64,000 bases of DNA from an uncultured Spirochaetota bacterium (lineage in GTDB: Bacteria; Spirochaetota; Spirochaetia; SZUA-6; Fen-1364): NCBI GenBank assembly GCA_963781885.1, contig CAWAHW010000004.1, positions 672,001-736,000 of the forward strand, in the 5' to 3' direction. Below the pieces are notes generated by a model that was not told the origin of the DNA, ran no database searches, and worked only from the letters and a program-made list of their open reading frames with translations. The first letter of the stretch is position 1; each line of letters begins with the position of its first letter. Of this stretch, positions 1-10,733 are shown one piece after another. Made by a program: the position numbers and the translations under genes.

Positions 1-1
1 C

Positions 2-106
2 GCCATGGACGCCGCGTCCAAGTCCGCCTGCGATGAGGCGGTGCGCTTCGCGGAAGAAAGCCCCGAGCCGGAACCCGGCGCCCTCTATGAGGACATCCTC
101 GCATGA
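2..106 (+). CDS. pdhA: Pyruvate dehydrogenase E1 alpha subunit, C-terminal fragment (runs off window start)
   Basis: Frame 2 reads ...DEAVRFAEESPEPEPGALYEDILA*, typical E1-alpha tail; ATGA overlap with pdhB. Confidence 0.85.
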   Translation, partial: AMDAASKSACDEAVRFAEESPEPEPGALYEDILA

Positions 107-1080
107 GTCTCATCACGTTCCGCGAGGCGCTGCGCGCGGCCATGGATGAGGAGATGGCCCGCGACGACGCGGTCATCCTCCTCGGTGAAGAGGTCGGGCA
201 GTACAACGGTGCCTACAAGGTGAGCCAGGGGCTGCTGGAAAAGTACGGGCCGGACCGGGTCATGGACACGCCGATTTCAGAGGAAGGCTTCACGGGCATC
301 GGCATCGGTGCCGCCATGGCGGGCCTGCGTCCCATCGTGGAGTGGATGACGCTGAACTTCTCCCTCCAGGCCGTGGACCAGATCGTGAGCAATGCCGCGA
401 AGATGCGCTACATGTCGGGCGGCCAGTTCACCGTCCCCATCGTCTTTCGGGGTCCCAACGGACCGGCGGAGTTCCTGGGGGCGCAGCACTCGCAGGCGCT
501 GCAGTCCCTCTACGCGCATTTCCCCGGCCTCAAGGTGGTCGCCCCTTCGACGCCGGCCGACGGCAAGGGTCTCCTGAAATCCTGCATCCGCGACGACAAC
601 CCCGTTCTCTTTCTCGAATCGGAGATGATGTATGGGGTGAAGGGCGAGGTGCCCGACGATGAATACCTGGTCCCGCTCGGCAAGGCCGACGTCAAGAGAC
701 CCGGGAGGGATGCGACCATCGTCACCTACTCCAAGCCCGTGCGCATGGTGCTGGATGCCGCGGAGGCGCTGGCCGGCGAAGGAATCGACGTGGAGGTGGT
801 GGACCTCCGCACGATCCGGCCCCTTGACGAGGAGACGGTCTACGACTCGGTGCGCCGGACCAACCGCTGCATCGTCGTGGATGAGTCGATGCCATTTGCC
901 AGCGTCGGCTCGCATCTTGCGTGGCTCGTCTCCCGGACGTGCTTCGACGACCTGGACGCACCGGTGGAGCTCGTGTCGGGTGAAGATGTGCCGATGCCGT
1001 ACAACCATGCCCTGGAGCTCGCCGCACAGCCTTCGGTTGCAAAAATCGTGGACGCAGTGAAAAGGGCGCTCTATGCCTGA
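103..1080 (+). CDS. pdhB: Pyruvate dehydrogenase E1 beta subunit
   Basis: GEEVGQYNGAYKV, DTPISE, GAQHSQ, DLRTIRPLD motifs. Confidence 0.95.
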   Translation: MSLITFREALRAAMDEEMARDDAVILLGEEVGQYNGAYKVSQGLLEKYGPDRVMDTPISEEGFTGIGIGAAMAGLRPIVEWMTLNFSLQAVDQIVSNAAKMRYMSGGQFTVPIVFRGPNGPAEFLGAQHSQALQSLYAHFPGLKVVAPSTPADGKGLLKSCIRDDNPVLFLESEMMYGVKGEVPDDEYLVPLGKADVKRPGRDATIVTYSKPVRMVLDAAEALAGEGIDVEVVDLRTIRPLDEETVYDSVRRTNRCIVVDESMPFASVGSHLAWLVSRTCFDDLDAPVELVSGEDVPMPYNHALELAAQPSVAKIVDAVKRALYA

Positions 1081-2311
1081 AAAAATCCTCATGATCGCGC
1101 TGTCTCCGACCATGGAGACGGGAACGCTCGCCCGCTGGCGCAAGAAGGAGGGGGACGTCGTTGCAAGCGGCGACGTTCTCTGCGAGGTGGAGACGGACAA
1201 GGCGACGATGGACTATGAGTCGACCGCGGAAGGCACGCTCCTGAAAATACTCCTTCCCGAAGGCGGACAGGCGAAGGTCGGAGAGGCCATTGCCATCGTG
1301 GGAAAACCGGGTGAGGACATCTCGGCCCTGCTCGCGGACAAGGGCCAGCCGACAGCAGGGACTGCGGCGAAACCTGCGCCCTCCGCGGCCGCCAGGGCGA
1401 CACCGACCGCGCCTTCCGCAGCGCCCGCACATGCCGGCACCGCCGTTGCCACGGGCCGCATCAAGGCATCCCCCCTTGCGCGCAGGATCGCGTCCGACAA
1501 GGGCCTCGATTTGCGCGCGGTCCGCGGCTCCGGGCCGGAAGGCCGCATCGTGAAGCGCGACCTGGACGGCCCCGCGGGTGCCGCCGTTACCGCCGCGCGC
1601 GCGCCGGCTGCCGTCCTGCAGCCGGGTCCCGGTGACGAGGTGATGCCGCTGTCCCGCATGCGCCAGATCATCGCGAAGCGTCTCTCCGACTCCATGTACA
1701 CCTCGCCCCACTATTACCTCACCGTCGCGGTGGGCATGGACGATCTGCTGGAGGCGCGCGTGCGCCTGAACGCCGGCCGCGCGAAAAAGATTTCAATCAA
1801 CGCCTTTCTCATGGCCATCGCCGGCAAGGCGCTTGCACGGCACCCGCGCGTCAACACGAGCTGGAACGGGGACGCGCTCCTGCACCACGCCACCGCGGAC
1901 GTCGGTCTGGCGGTCGCCATGCCGGACGGTCTCATCACGCCCGTGGTGAAGGACTGCGGCGGCAAGGGAATCGCCGCCATCGACGCGGAGCTGGCCGACC
2001 GCATCGAGCGCGCGCGAACGGGAAAGCTCGCGCCCGAGGAATACGCCGGCGCCACCTTCACGATCAGCAATCTAGGCATGGCGGGCATCGACGAGTTCAC
2101 CGCGATCATCAACCCGCCGGGCTCCGCCATTCTCGCGGTGGGCGCTGTCCGCAAGGAGCCCGTCGTGGCGGACGACGGCGCCATCGTCGTGCGGCAGCGC
2201 ATGCGCATGACCCTCTCCTGCGACCATCGCGTGATCGACGGCGCGGTGGGCGCGGCTTTTCTTCGGGAGCTCGCGGACATGCTGGAAAGTCCGCTTCTCG
2301 CGCTCGCCTGA
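1073..2311 (+). CDS. pdhC: Dihydrolipoamide acetyltransferase (E2), single lipoyl domain
   Basis: VETDKAT lipoyl motif, ASPLARR E3-binding domain, DHRVIDG catalytic motif. Confidence 0.95.
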   Translation: MPEKILMIALSPTMETGTLARWRKKEGDVVASGDVLCEVETDKATMDYESTAEGTLLKILLPEGGQAKVGEAIAIVGKPGEDISALLADKGQPTAGTAAKPAPSAAARATPTAPSAAPAHAGTAVATGRIKASPLARRIASDKGLDLRAVRGSGPEGRIVKRDLDGPAGAAVTAARAPAAVLQPGPGDEVMPLSRMRQIIAKRLSDSMYTSPHYYLTVAVGMDDLLEARVRLNAGRAKKISINAFLMAIAGKALARHPRVNTSWNGDALLHHATADVGLAVAMPDGLITPVVKDCGGKGIAAIDAELADRIERARTGKLAPEEYAGATFTISNLGMAGIDEFTAIINPPGSAILAVGAVRKEPVVADDGAIVVRQRMRMTLSCDHRVIDGAVGAAFLRELADMLESPLLALA

Positions 2312-2339
2312 CCTTTTCGACAGACAACGGAGGCATCAC

Positions 2340-3731
2340 ATGGCTGGCTTTGATTACGACGTGCTCATCATCGGTTCCGGCCCCGGCGGCTACGTCGCGG
2401 CTATCCGGGCATCGCAGCTCGGCCTCAAGGCCGGCGTCATCGAGCGGGACCGTCCCGGCGGGGTGTGCCTGAACATCGGCTGCATCCCTTCCAAGGCCCT
2501 CATCCACCAGGCCGAGCTCTTTCGCTCCCTGCCGGCGCTGAAAGAGATGGGAATCGCCGTTGACCTGAAAGGCTTCGACTACAAGCCCGTTTTCGACAAG
2601 TCGCGCAAGGCAGCGGAGACGCTGTCAAAGGGCGTGCAGTTCCTCCTGAAAAAGAACAAAGCGGAGCTCATCACGGGCGATGCGGTGATTACCGGCAAGA
2701 ATGAAGTGACATTAAAAGATGGAAGGAAGATCACCGGCAAAAACCTCGTGATTGCCACCGGATCCCGGCCGCGCATCATCCCTGGCTTCGAGTTCGACGA
2801 GGACAAGGTCCTCTCTTCCACGGGCGCCCTCATGCTCCAGAAGCTGCCGAAGAAGGCCATCATCCTCGGTGCCGGCGCCATCGGCGTGGAGTTCAGCCAC
2901 GTGTGGAGCTCGTTCGGGGTGGAAGTGCACCTGGTGGAAATGATGGAGCGTATCCTGCCGCTGGAGGACGCGGAGGCCGTGCAGGTGGTGGCGCGCGCAT
3001 TCCAGAAACGCGGGATCCAGATGTACACCGGTACAAAAGCCGTGTCGATGAAGAAAAGCGCCGCCGGCGTGAGCGTCGTGATCGAAGACAAGGCAGGCGC
3101 ACAGAAGACCCTGGACGCGGACCTGATCCTCGTCGTGGTCGGCCGCACCATCAACACGGACGGCATCGGGCTGGAGAAGCTCGGCATCACGCTGGAGAAG
3201 GGATTCATTCCGGTCGGAGACTACAACCAGACGAAGGTGCCCGGCATCTTTGCCGTGGGCGACGTGGTCTCCACTCCCCTTCTGGCGCACGTCGCCTTCA
3301 AGGAAGCCGAGATGGTGACGGAGTACATCGCGGGAAAGAAGCCACATCCGCGCCTGGATCCGCTCTCCATCCCCGGCGCCACCTATTGCGAGCCGCAAGT
3401 GGCGAGCTTCGGGCTGACCGAATGGAAGGCCAAGGAAAAAGGCATCCCCTTTGCCAAGGCGAGCTTCCCGTACCGCGGCGCCGGCAAGTCCGTTGCCATC
3501 GAACAGTCCGATGGATTCGTGAAGGTGATCTACGATCCCAAGACGAAGGAAATACTTGGCGCGCATATTGTGGGTGCCGAGGCCACCGAGCTCATCCACG
3601 AGCTGCTCCTGGCCCGCACGGCGGAGCTCCTGCCGGAGGATATCGCCACGATGATCCACGCCCACCCGACCCTGTCGGAGGCCGTCATGGAAGCGATGCG
3701 CACGGTGGAGGGCTGGGCGATACACGCCTAG
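2340..3731 (+). CDS. lpdA: Dihydrolipoyl dehydrogenase (E3)
   Basis: GSGPGG FAD site, GGVCLNIGCIPSK redox disulfide, HAHPTLSE. Confidence 0.97.
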   Translation: MAGFDYDVLIIGSGPGGYVAAIRASQLGLKAGVIERDRPGGVCLNIGCIPSKALIHQAELFRSLPALKEMGIAVDLKGFDYKPVFDKSRKAAETLSKGVQFLLKKNKAELITGDAVITGKNEVTLKDGRKITGKNLVIATGSRPRIIPGFEFDEDKVLSSTGALMLQKLPKKAIILGAGAIGVEFSHVWSSFGVEVHLVEMMERILPLEDAEAVQVVARAFQKRGIQMYTGTKAVSMKKSAAGVSVVIEDKAGAQKTLDADLILVVVGRTINTDGIGLEKLGITLEKGFIPVGDYNQTKVPGIFAVGDVVSTPLLAHVAFKEAEMVTEYIAGKKPHPRLDPLSIPGATYCEPQVASFGLTEWKAKEKGIPFAKASFPYRGAGKSVAIEQSDGFVKVIYDPKTKEILGAHIVGAEATELIHELLLARTAELLPEDIATMIHAHPTLSEAVMEAMRTVEGWAIHA

Positions 3732-4073
3732 CGCGGTACCCCGCGCGTGGGGCGGCAGCGCGGTCGCTGCTGGCGACATTCTGGCCGCGCAGCGGACAGC
3801 GGGAGCCCGTCCCCCAGGGATGGCGAAGTCGGCCGAGCACAGGATGTGCGAAAGGCCGACCGTAGCCTTCCGCGCGTAGGGCGGCAGCGCGGTCGCTGCT
3901 GGCGACATTCTGGCCGCGCAGCGGACAGCGGGAGCCTGTCTCCATGGATGCATAGCGCGGTACCCCGCGCGGAGGGCGGCAAGCGCTTGCGGAGCAAGCG
4001 CTGAGAGCCGCGAGGCCGAGCACAGGATGTGCGAAAGGCCGACCGTAGCCTTCCGCGCGTAGGGCGGCAGCGC
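3729..4073. repeat. Mosaic intergenic REP/BIME-like repeat cluster between convergent genes
   Basis: Three duplicated modules: tagcgcggtaccccgcgc (3729, 3953); ~58 bp gggcggcagcgcggtcgctgc...gggagcc (3750, 3879); ~60 bp ggccgagcacaggatgtgcgaaaggccg...gggcggcagcgc (3831, 4014); internal hairpins. Confidence 0.8.
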
Positions 4074-4077
4074 CGGC

Positions 4078-4908
4078 TCACGGCGTAAGGAACGACACGA
4101 CCAGTTGTCTGACGATGTCTGGCTTGTCCGCCATTGGAACGTGACCCGCGCCGGCAATCATGTAAAACCGGACATCGGGCAGAAGTGACCGGAAGGTCTC
4201 CGACCAATGGGACGGAAGTATGGGGTCGTCGTCTCCCCAGAGCAGGAGCGTTCTCTGCCTGATGCGGGGCAGGACGCGGTCAATAGGATCCTGGCCAATC
4301 ATGTTTCTGGTAATCCTCGCCGTGGCGCGGGATTTCTCCTGATTCACGGTCTTCGGGGCATTCCTCAGGAATCCCGCGTCAATGCTGTCGCCAAGCTGGG
4401 CGAGGCCTGCCCAGGGTTCTTCTTCAACGGTCAGCCCAAAAGAGTCGATGAGAATCAGCCGATTGACGTAGCCCGACCACCGAAAGGCGAATTGCGTGGA
4501 TATCTTGCCGCCAAGGGAATGACCGATGAGATCGAAGCGGGAAAGCTTCTTGGCGATTGCAAAGGATCGCAGAAAGGCCACGAAGTAGGGCGTGTCGTAC
4601 GCCGCATTCGGCTTTGCCGAAAGCCCGAAGCCAGGCAGGTCTACTGCAATTGAATGATACTGCAGCGGCAGCGACAGCATGAGGGACCGGAAGTCGTTTG
4701 ACGTCGCCAGGTACCCGTGCACCATGAGGATCACCGGGTCCCCGGCCTTGCCCCTGCCCGCCTCCAGGTAATGGATGCGAAGGCCATTCACGGTGACCCA
4801 ACGGGTGAGCGGATCCACCGCTTCCGCGGCAAATGCGTGGGTGACGAAGAGGAGCATGACGCTCATGGCGGCAAGCAGCAGGCCCGAAGGGGCAAAGACA
4901 CGCTTCAT
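4078..4908 (-). CDS. Secreted alpha/beta-fold hydrolase
   Basis: Signal peptide, HG oxyanion motif, GHSLGG nucleophile, WGDDD and AGH triad residues. Confidence 0.85.
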   Translation of the reverse strand: MKRVFAPSGLLLAAMSVMLLFVTHAFAAEAVDPLTRWVTVNGLRIHYLEAGRGKAGDPVILMVHGYLATSNDFRSLMLSLPLQYHSIAVDLPGFGLSAKPNAAYDTPYFVAFLRSFAIAKKLSRFDLIGHSLGGKISTQFAFRWSGYVNRLILIDSFGLTVEEEPWAGLAQLGDSIDAGFLRNAPKTVNQEKSRATARITRNMIGQDPIDRVLPRIRQRTLLLWGDDDPILPSHWSETFRSLLPDVRFYMIAGAGHVPMADKPDIVRQLVVSFLTP

Positions 4909-5053
4909 GCTTCTTTTTTTCTGATAATTCTTCATTCAAAAAGATAATCAATCATTCTCAAGTCGCCCAATCGACGTCTCCGCTCAACCAGTGGGCGATT
5001 ACTTCCGATAATATGTGCAGCAAGAGACCTTTTTCCCGAAAGCGAGGTGTTCC

Positions 5054-5359
5054 ATGGACTTGAGCAAACAGATGAAGGAAGACGAGCGGGAAATCAAGAA
5101 CATCGTGAACGCGCTTGACTCAGCGAAGGGTCTCGGGCTCAAGGCTCACTGCGATCGCGTATTCGCTCGAAATCTTCTGTCGGGGAAACTTGCCCACATG
5201 CGTTCACTCGTGGATGTCGCGATGAGTGGACGGCACGGGCGTGCGAAGTCGATCCTCGAGTACAGGCTGTGCCTGCAATTCCCCTTCTATGCCCATATCG
5301 AGGCGATCTCCCTCCTGTCCGGCAATGAGGCTCCCGCGTATGGTCTCCTGGACGAATGA
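5054..5359 (+). CDS. Hypothetical protein
   Basis: GAGGTG RBS before ATG, 101-aa ORF, no recognisable motif. Confidence 0.45.
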   Translation: MDLSKQMKEDEREIKNIVNALDSAKGLGLKAHCDRVFARNLLSGKLAHMRSLVDVAMSGRHGRAKSILEYRLCLQFPFYAHIEAISLLSGNEAPAYGLLDE

Positions 5360-5392
5360 GAACCGATCACTATCCAGTGCCCGACGCAGCAT

Positions 5393-6190
5393 TCACTTGA
5401 AAAACATGATTGCACCGAAGGTGATGACCAGCAGGATGAAAAGGATGCCATAGACCTTTTCCAAGGTCTGCACATTGATCTTCGCCAGTATCCGGGGGCC
5501 GAGGAAACCGCCGATGACGGAACCGCCGCCCAGGAACAGCAGCAGGACCAGATTGAACTGGCCGACCACCAGATGACCGACAAAGCCGGAAACGGCGTTG
5601 AACAGCACCACCAGCACAGACGTCCCGACGACAACCGTCACGGGCAAACCCAGAATGTACAGCCCGGCCACGATGGATGCCGTCCCGCTGGTGCCAAAAA
5701 GACCCGCCATGATTCCCGACAGGGTCCCGAAAACCAGGCACAGGGCAATCCTTGAGCCGGTCAATGCCGGCGGCGTTTTCTTTTCATCGCCACGATTCTT
5801 GAGCCTGCTCCTGCTCGTGAGCACCATCGGAACGGTCAAGGCTATCGCATAGGCTCCGAAGAGTTTCTGCAACAGCGCTGACGAGACGCAATTCGATACG
5901 AAGGAGCCGCCGATTGCTCCCACGAGGCCTGAGACGCCGAAAATGAGACCCACGCGCAGGTCGATGTTGCCCTTCCGGTAATGCTCGATCGAACCCACAA
6001 TGACGGTAGGGATTGTCGCGGCCAGTGAGGTGGCAGCCGCCAGCTGCGTGGGCACGTGAAACAGCAGGGTCAGGATCGGAACGTAGAAAAAGCCGCCGCC
6101 GCCGCCGAATATGGTGACCAGAAGACCGATGACGATGCCGACGAGTGGCAGCCAAAGATAGCTGGGATCATACGTGAAGATCATGGTCAT
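5393..6190 (-). CDS. TauE/SafE family sulfite exporter-like membrane protein
   Basis: FGGGGGFFYVP and GLFGTSG motifs, ~8 TM segments, CCAGGAGG RBS. Confidence 0.85.
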   Translation of the reverse strand: MTMIFTYDPSYLWLPLVGIVIGLLVTIFGGGGGFFYVPILTLLFHVPTQLAAATSLAATIPTVIVGSIEHYRKGNIDLRVGLIFGVSGLVGAIGGSFVSNCVSSALLQKLFGAYAIALTVPMVLTSRSRLKNRGDEKKTPPALTGSRIALCLVFGTLSGIMAGLFGTSGTASIVAGLYILGLPVTVVVGTSVLVVLFNAVSGFVGHLVVGQFNLVLLLFLGGGSVIGGFLGPRILAKINVQTLEKVYGILFILLVITFGAIMFFK

Positions 6191-6680
6191 GGTGTTGACG
6201 CCTCCTGGTCTCCGTTCCCCGCCTTTTGCCGGTCGTTTCGGGCGGCCGTCCGCCCCGAATCCCTTCGACGACCGCGTCCAATCCGCGCTTGAAATGGGAC
6301 ATGTCCTTCGCGGGAATCCGCAGAAGCCATCCTCCGAGCAGCTCCTCCCAGCCAAGGAGCCTTTCAATGAGCTTCTCCCCCGCCGGTGAGAGTCGGACGA
6401 CGGCGCGACGGCGATCCGTGGGATCTTCGCTGCGGTCGACCAGACCCGCCCGCGCCAGCCTGTCGATCAAATGGCTTGCCGTGGGCTGGCCGATCCCAAG
6501 GTGCCGCGCGATCTGATTGACGGAGGACGTCTTCTCATGAGCGGTGATGAACAAGGTCCTCAATTGAGGCAGCGTGAGCTTCAGATCGAGCCAGGAGGGA
6601 GCTGAGGCGCGAAGAAGCTCGTGCAGCAGCTCTCGGACACGCTCGACAACGGCACGCGTGAGGGCGCTATCGGATGTCAT
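6168..6680 (-). CDS. MarR family transcriptional regulator
   Basis: LTLPQL...IARHLGIGQPTASHLIDRL...DPTDRR winged HTH. Confidence 0.9.
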   Translation of the reverse strand: MTSDSALTRAVVERVRELLHELLRASAPSWLDLKLTLPQLRTLFITAHEKTSSVNQIARHLGIGQPTASHLIDRLARAGLVDRSEDPTDRRRAVVRLSPAGEKLIERLLGWEELLGGWLLRIPAKDMSHFKRGLDAVVEGIRGGRPPETTGKRRGTETRRRQHHDHDLHV

Positions 6681-6703
6681 TCCATTGGCCTCTCCATATT
6701 AAT

Positions 6704-6724
6704 TACATCGATATCATCGATATA
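6704..6724. promoter_or_regulatory. Probable MarR operator
   Basis: catcgatat x2 tandem, near-palindromic, in AT-rich DNA ~25 bp upstream of the marR start. Confidence 0.5.
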
Positions 6725-6980
6725 AATTATGTTATCGAATTATCCGGACATGGTCAACAACAGGCAGGATGAAAAGCGCCACGGGGCGGCATGGGGAAGC
6801 AAATAAGGCGCTGGAAAGATGACGGCGGTACAGGGGGAGATCTCGGCGTCCCGCCGGGCGCACGCCGCGAGGCCAATCATCGGGAATTGGGTGCTTCTGA
6901 AGGGCTTTCTGTGGAAATTCTTGCCCGAATTCGGGCAAAATAATTGAAAAGCAGATAAAAATCGATATAATGAATCTTCG

Positions 6981-7241
6981 ATGAACCTGGATGAGTTCAG
7001 ACGCCACATCACTTCGAATTATGGGATCGCCGAAAGTGACTTTGAGCGTCTCCACGAGGAGTTTCTCTCCTACTTCGGCCGGACGTTGGAAGAGTACGTT
7101 CTCCAGCGCCATGCAGAGCTCCAGATGGCGGGAAAGAAAAATCCGGAAATCTACCGGCTCATCAAGGAGGAAGCCACGGCGCGCCGCTTCGGCGTGACCG
7201 GGCTTTCGGAACGAATGATACGACGCATCATCTACGGATAG
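6981..7241 (+). CDS. Small hypothetical protein upstream of glmS
   Basis: 86-aa ORF after TTGAAA-16-TATAAT (6944-6971), 9 bp before glmS. Confidence 0.7.
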   Translation: MNLDEFRRHITSNYGIAESDFERLHEEFLSYFGRTLEEYVLQRHAELQMAGKKNPEIYRLIKEEATARRFGVTGLSERMIRRIIYG

Positions 7242-7250
7242 GAGAAACAC

Positions 7251-9088
7251 ATGTGCGGAATCGTCGGGTACGTGGGGTCGCGGAATGCCGTTCCCATCCT
7301 TATGGAGGGCCTGAAGCGGCTGGAATATCGCGGATACGATTCTGCCGGCATCGGCTGCGTGGTGCGGGGGAAGCTGAAGGTGGTGAAAAAGGAGGGGCAC
7401 CTGGCGAATCTCGAGGCGATCCTGCCGGAAGGGCTCTCCTCCACGACGGGCATCGGCCACACGCGGTGGGCGACGCACGGCGGCGTGAATGACGCGAACG
7501 CCCACCCCCAGACCGGAGCAGGCGGCAAGGTGGCAGTCGTCCACAACGGGATCATCGACAACTACGACGCCCTGAAGAAAAGGCTGATCGCGCAGGGCGT
7601 TTCATTCACGAGCGACACGGACACCGAAGTCATCGCGCAGCTTGCCGCGAAGTTCCTGGAGGCAGGCGATGACCCCGAGAGCGCCGTGCGGGAAACGCTG
7701 GGGCTCATCCATGGGACGTACGGCCTCGTCTTCCTGTTCGCGGATCACCCGGGGCTCATCATCGGTGCGCGCAATGGCAGCCCCCTGGTGCTGGGCGTCG
7801 GCGAAGGGGAGATGTTCGTGGCATCGGACGCCAACGCCATCGTGCGCCACACGCCAAAGGTGGTCTACCTGGACGACGGGGAGACGGTGGTGCTCACGCC
7901 GGAGGAGTTCAGCACGAAGGACCTGCGCGCCGCCGTTGTGGACAAGCGCGTGGAAACCATCGAGTGGGTGGCCGCCGACACCGACAAGAACGGCTACCAG
8001 GACTACATGCTGAAGGAGATCTTCGAGCAGCCGGAATCGGTGGCGCGCGCCTTCGGGGAGGGCGGCAGGCTCGTGCCGGAGTTCGGCACGACGAAGCTCG
8101 GGGGGCTGAACCTGGAACGCCGGGATTTCTTCGACATCCGCCGCGTGGTGATCATCGCCATGGGCACCGCCTACCACGCCGCGATGATCGGCGCGCATCT
8201 TCTGGAAACCATCGCCCGCATACCCGCGCGCGCCGAGATCGCCAGCGAGCTGCGCTGCCGCAATCCCATCGTCGAAAAGGAGACGCTGTACTTCGCCGTG
8301 AGCCAGTCGGGGGAGACGGCGGATACGCTCATGGCGCTGCGCGAGATACGCAGCAAGGGCGGCCGGGTGATGGGCATCATCAACGCCGTCGGCTCCACCA
8401 TGGCGCGGGAATCCGACGGCGGCGTGTACGTGCACGCGGGACCCGAGATGGCCGTGGCGAGCACGAAGGCATTCACGAGCCAGGTGATGAGCTTCGTCCT
8501 CATCGCGCTGCTCTTTGCGCGGATGCGCGACCTTTCCCTCGCAGAAGGGAAGGTCGCTCGTGGCGGAGATGGCGCAGATCCCCGGACCTCATGCGGCGCA
8601 TGCTCGCGCAGGCGGAGGAGGTGCGACGGGTCGCGCGCAAATACAGCGGCGCAAAGACATTCCTCTACCTCGGCCGCGGGCCGAGCTATCCCATCGCGCT
8701 GGAAGGGGCGCTGAAGCTGAAGGAGATCGCCTACGTCTTCTCGGAGGGCATGTCGGCGGGGGACGTGAAGCACGGGCCAATTGCCCTCGTGAGCGAGGAG
8801 ACACCCGTCGTCATGATCGCCGTCAAGGGCGACACGCTGGAGAGGACCATCGGCGGCATGGAGGAGATACGGGCGCGCAAGGGCAGGGTGATCGCCGTGA
8901 CCAATGTGGACGATCCCCGGATCACCCGCATCGCCGAGGATGTCATTCGTGTGCCGGAGACGCGGGAGGCACTCTCCCCGCTCCTCACCGTGATCCCCCT
9001 GCAGCTATTAGCGTACTACATCGCCGTGGAGCTCGAGCGGAACGTGGACAGGCCGCGCAATCTCGCCAAGAGCGTCACGGTGGAGTAG
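7251..9088 (+). CDS. glmS: Glutamine-fructose-6-phosphate transaminase (two frameshifts at ~8550-8590, probably sequencing errors)
   Basis: MCGIVG, GHTRWATHG, SQSGETAD, KHGPIAL, PRNLAKSVTVE; protein passes through three frames near 8550-8590. Confidence 0.93.
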
Positions 9089-9164
9089 CCCCCGGCGGCA
9101 GGACGCCGCAAGCCCGCGCGATTCCGTTTGCCGGCAAAATCCCGCCGACGGTATCTTCCACACC

Positions 9165-10703
9165 ATGGCTGAAACGGCGCGAACCGGATCCGGCCCCTGG
9201 GTGCTCACGGCGACGATCCTCGCATCCAGCATGGCCTTCATCGATGGAACGGCCCTGAACGTGGCCTTGCCGGCGCTGCAGAGCTCCCTGCACGCGAGCG
9301 GGGAACAGCTCCTCTGGGTCGCGAATGCCTACCTGCTCATGCTCGCCGCACTGATCCCGATCGGCGGATCCCTCGGTGACGTGCTGGGCCGCAAGAAGAT
9401 CTTCGCCGTTGGCATCGTCCTTTTCATGCTCGCCTCCCTGGTCTGCGGCGTGGCACCGACCATCGGCTTCCTCATTGGCGCACGGCTCGTGCAAGGCGTG
9501 GGAAGCTCGCTCATGATACCGGGAAGCCTCGCCATCATCACCGCGTATTTCGGTCGTGAGAGCCGGGGAAGGGCGATCGGCACGTGGTCCGCCTTCACGA
9601 CCATCGTCACCATTGCCGGGCCGATTCTCGGGGGAGTCCTCTCGAACGCCGGATTCTGGCGCGGTGTCTTTCTCATCAACTTCCCGCTCGGCGTCCTGGC
9701 GTTGCTGGTCCTCTTCCTGAAGGTGCCCGAGAGCAGGGACGAAAAATCATCCGGGCGCATCGACTACTGGGGAGCGGCGCTGCTCGCCCTTGGGCTCGCG
9801 GGCCCCACCTACGGTCTGCTCTCCGCGCCCGATCTCGGGTTCGGCGATCCGCGCGTCTTCGGGACTCTGGCCGCGGGCGTGGCGGCGCTTGCCGCGTTCG
9901 TGGTGGTGGAGGCGCGGAGCAGACACCCGATGATACCCCTCGGGCTTTTCTCCTCCCGCACATTCAGCGGCGTGAATCTCCTGACATTCGGGTTGTACGG
10001 CGCCCTGAGCGTGGGCACCTTCTTCCTTTCGCTCAACATGGTGCAGGCGCAGAGCTACAACATGGCCGTTGCCGGATTCGCCTTCACGCCCTTCGCCCTC
10101 ATCCTCACCGCCCTGTCGCGCTGGGCAGGCGGCCTTGTCGACAGGGGCGGTCCCCGGTTGCCCCTCATGGTCGGGCCGGCCATCGCGGGTGGGGCATTCC
10201 TTTTCATGGCCTTCAGCGGTCTCTCCGACGGGCCGTCGCATTACTGGACGACATTCTTCCCCGGCATTGTGCTCCTTGGCATCGGCATGGGCATCACGGT
10301 GGCGCCGCTCACCACCTCGGTCATGAGCTCGGTGGCATCGCATTTCGCCGGCACGGCGTCGGGGATCAACAACGCGGTCTCCCGGACGGCGGGCGTCCTT
10401 GCCATCGCGGTGGTCGGCGCGGTGGCCCTCATCGTGTTTTCACACGCCATGCAGACGCGCACCGCGTCGATCCAGATAAGCGGCGAGGCGCGCGCGGCCC
10501 TGTCCGCGGAGGCCACGCGGCTGGGTGCAGCGGCCGTTCCCTCGCAGGTGGCCGCGGATCAGATCGGCGCGGTACAGACCGCCATCCGCCTTGCATTTGT
10601 GGATGCATTCCACGTCGTCATGCTGATCTGCACGGCGCTCGCCTGGATAGGCGCCGCACTTGCAGGAGTGTTTGTGGAAAAGAAGCTCGCGGCGGCAGGC
10701 TGA
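9165..10703 (+). CDS. MFS transporter, DHA2-like (14 TM)
   Basis: DGTALNVALP, GSLGDVLGRKK motif A, WRGVFLINFPLG. Confidence 0.9.
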   Translation: MAETARTGSGPWVLTATILASSMAFIDGTALNVALPALQSSLHASGEQLLWVANAYLLMLAALIPIGGSLGDVLGRKKIFAVGIVLFMLASLVCGVAPTIGFLIGARLVQGVGSSLMIPGSLAIITAYFGRESRGRAIGTWSAFTTIVTIAGPILGGVLSNAGFWRGVFLINFPLGVLALLVLFLKVPESRDEKSSGRIDYWGAALLALGLAGPTYGLLSAPDLGFGDPRVFGTLAAGVAALAAFVVVEARSRHPMIPLGLFSSRTFSGVNLLTFGLYGALSVGTFFLSLNMVQAQSYNMAVAGFAFTPFALILTALSRWAGGLVDRGGPRLPLMVGPAIAGGAFLFMAFSGLSDGPSHYWTTFFPGIVLLGIGMGITVAPLTTSVMSSVASHFAGTASGINNAVSRTAGVLAIAVVGAVALIVFSHAMQTRTASIQISGEARAALSAEATRLGAAAVPSQVAADQIGAVQTAIRLAFVDAFHVVMLICTALAWIGAALAGVFVEKKLAAAG

Positions 10704-10733
10704 AGGCCGCAGCCCTGCGCTACCGGGCTGAGA

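Noticed and set aside
3729-4073. CRISPR array or coding ORFs over the repeat mosaic
   Set aside because: The module order is irregular, and the overlapping ORFs are low-complexity translations of the repeats.
8545-8595. Programmed frameshifting or pseudogenisation of glmS (and trpE at ~19578)
   Set aside because: These are single extra bases in short homopolymers of otherwise well-conserved genes, so sequencing error is more likely.
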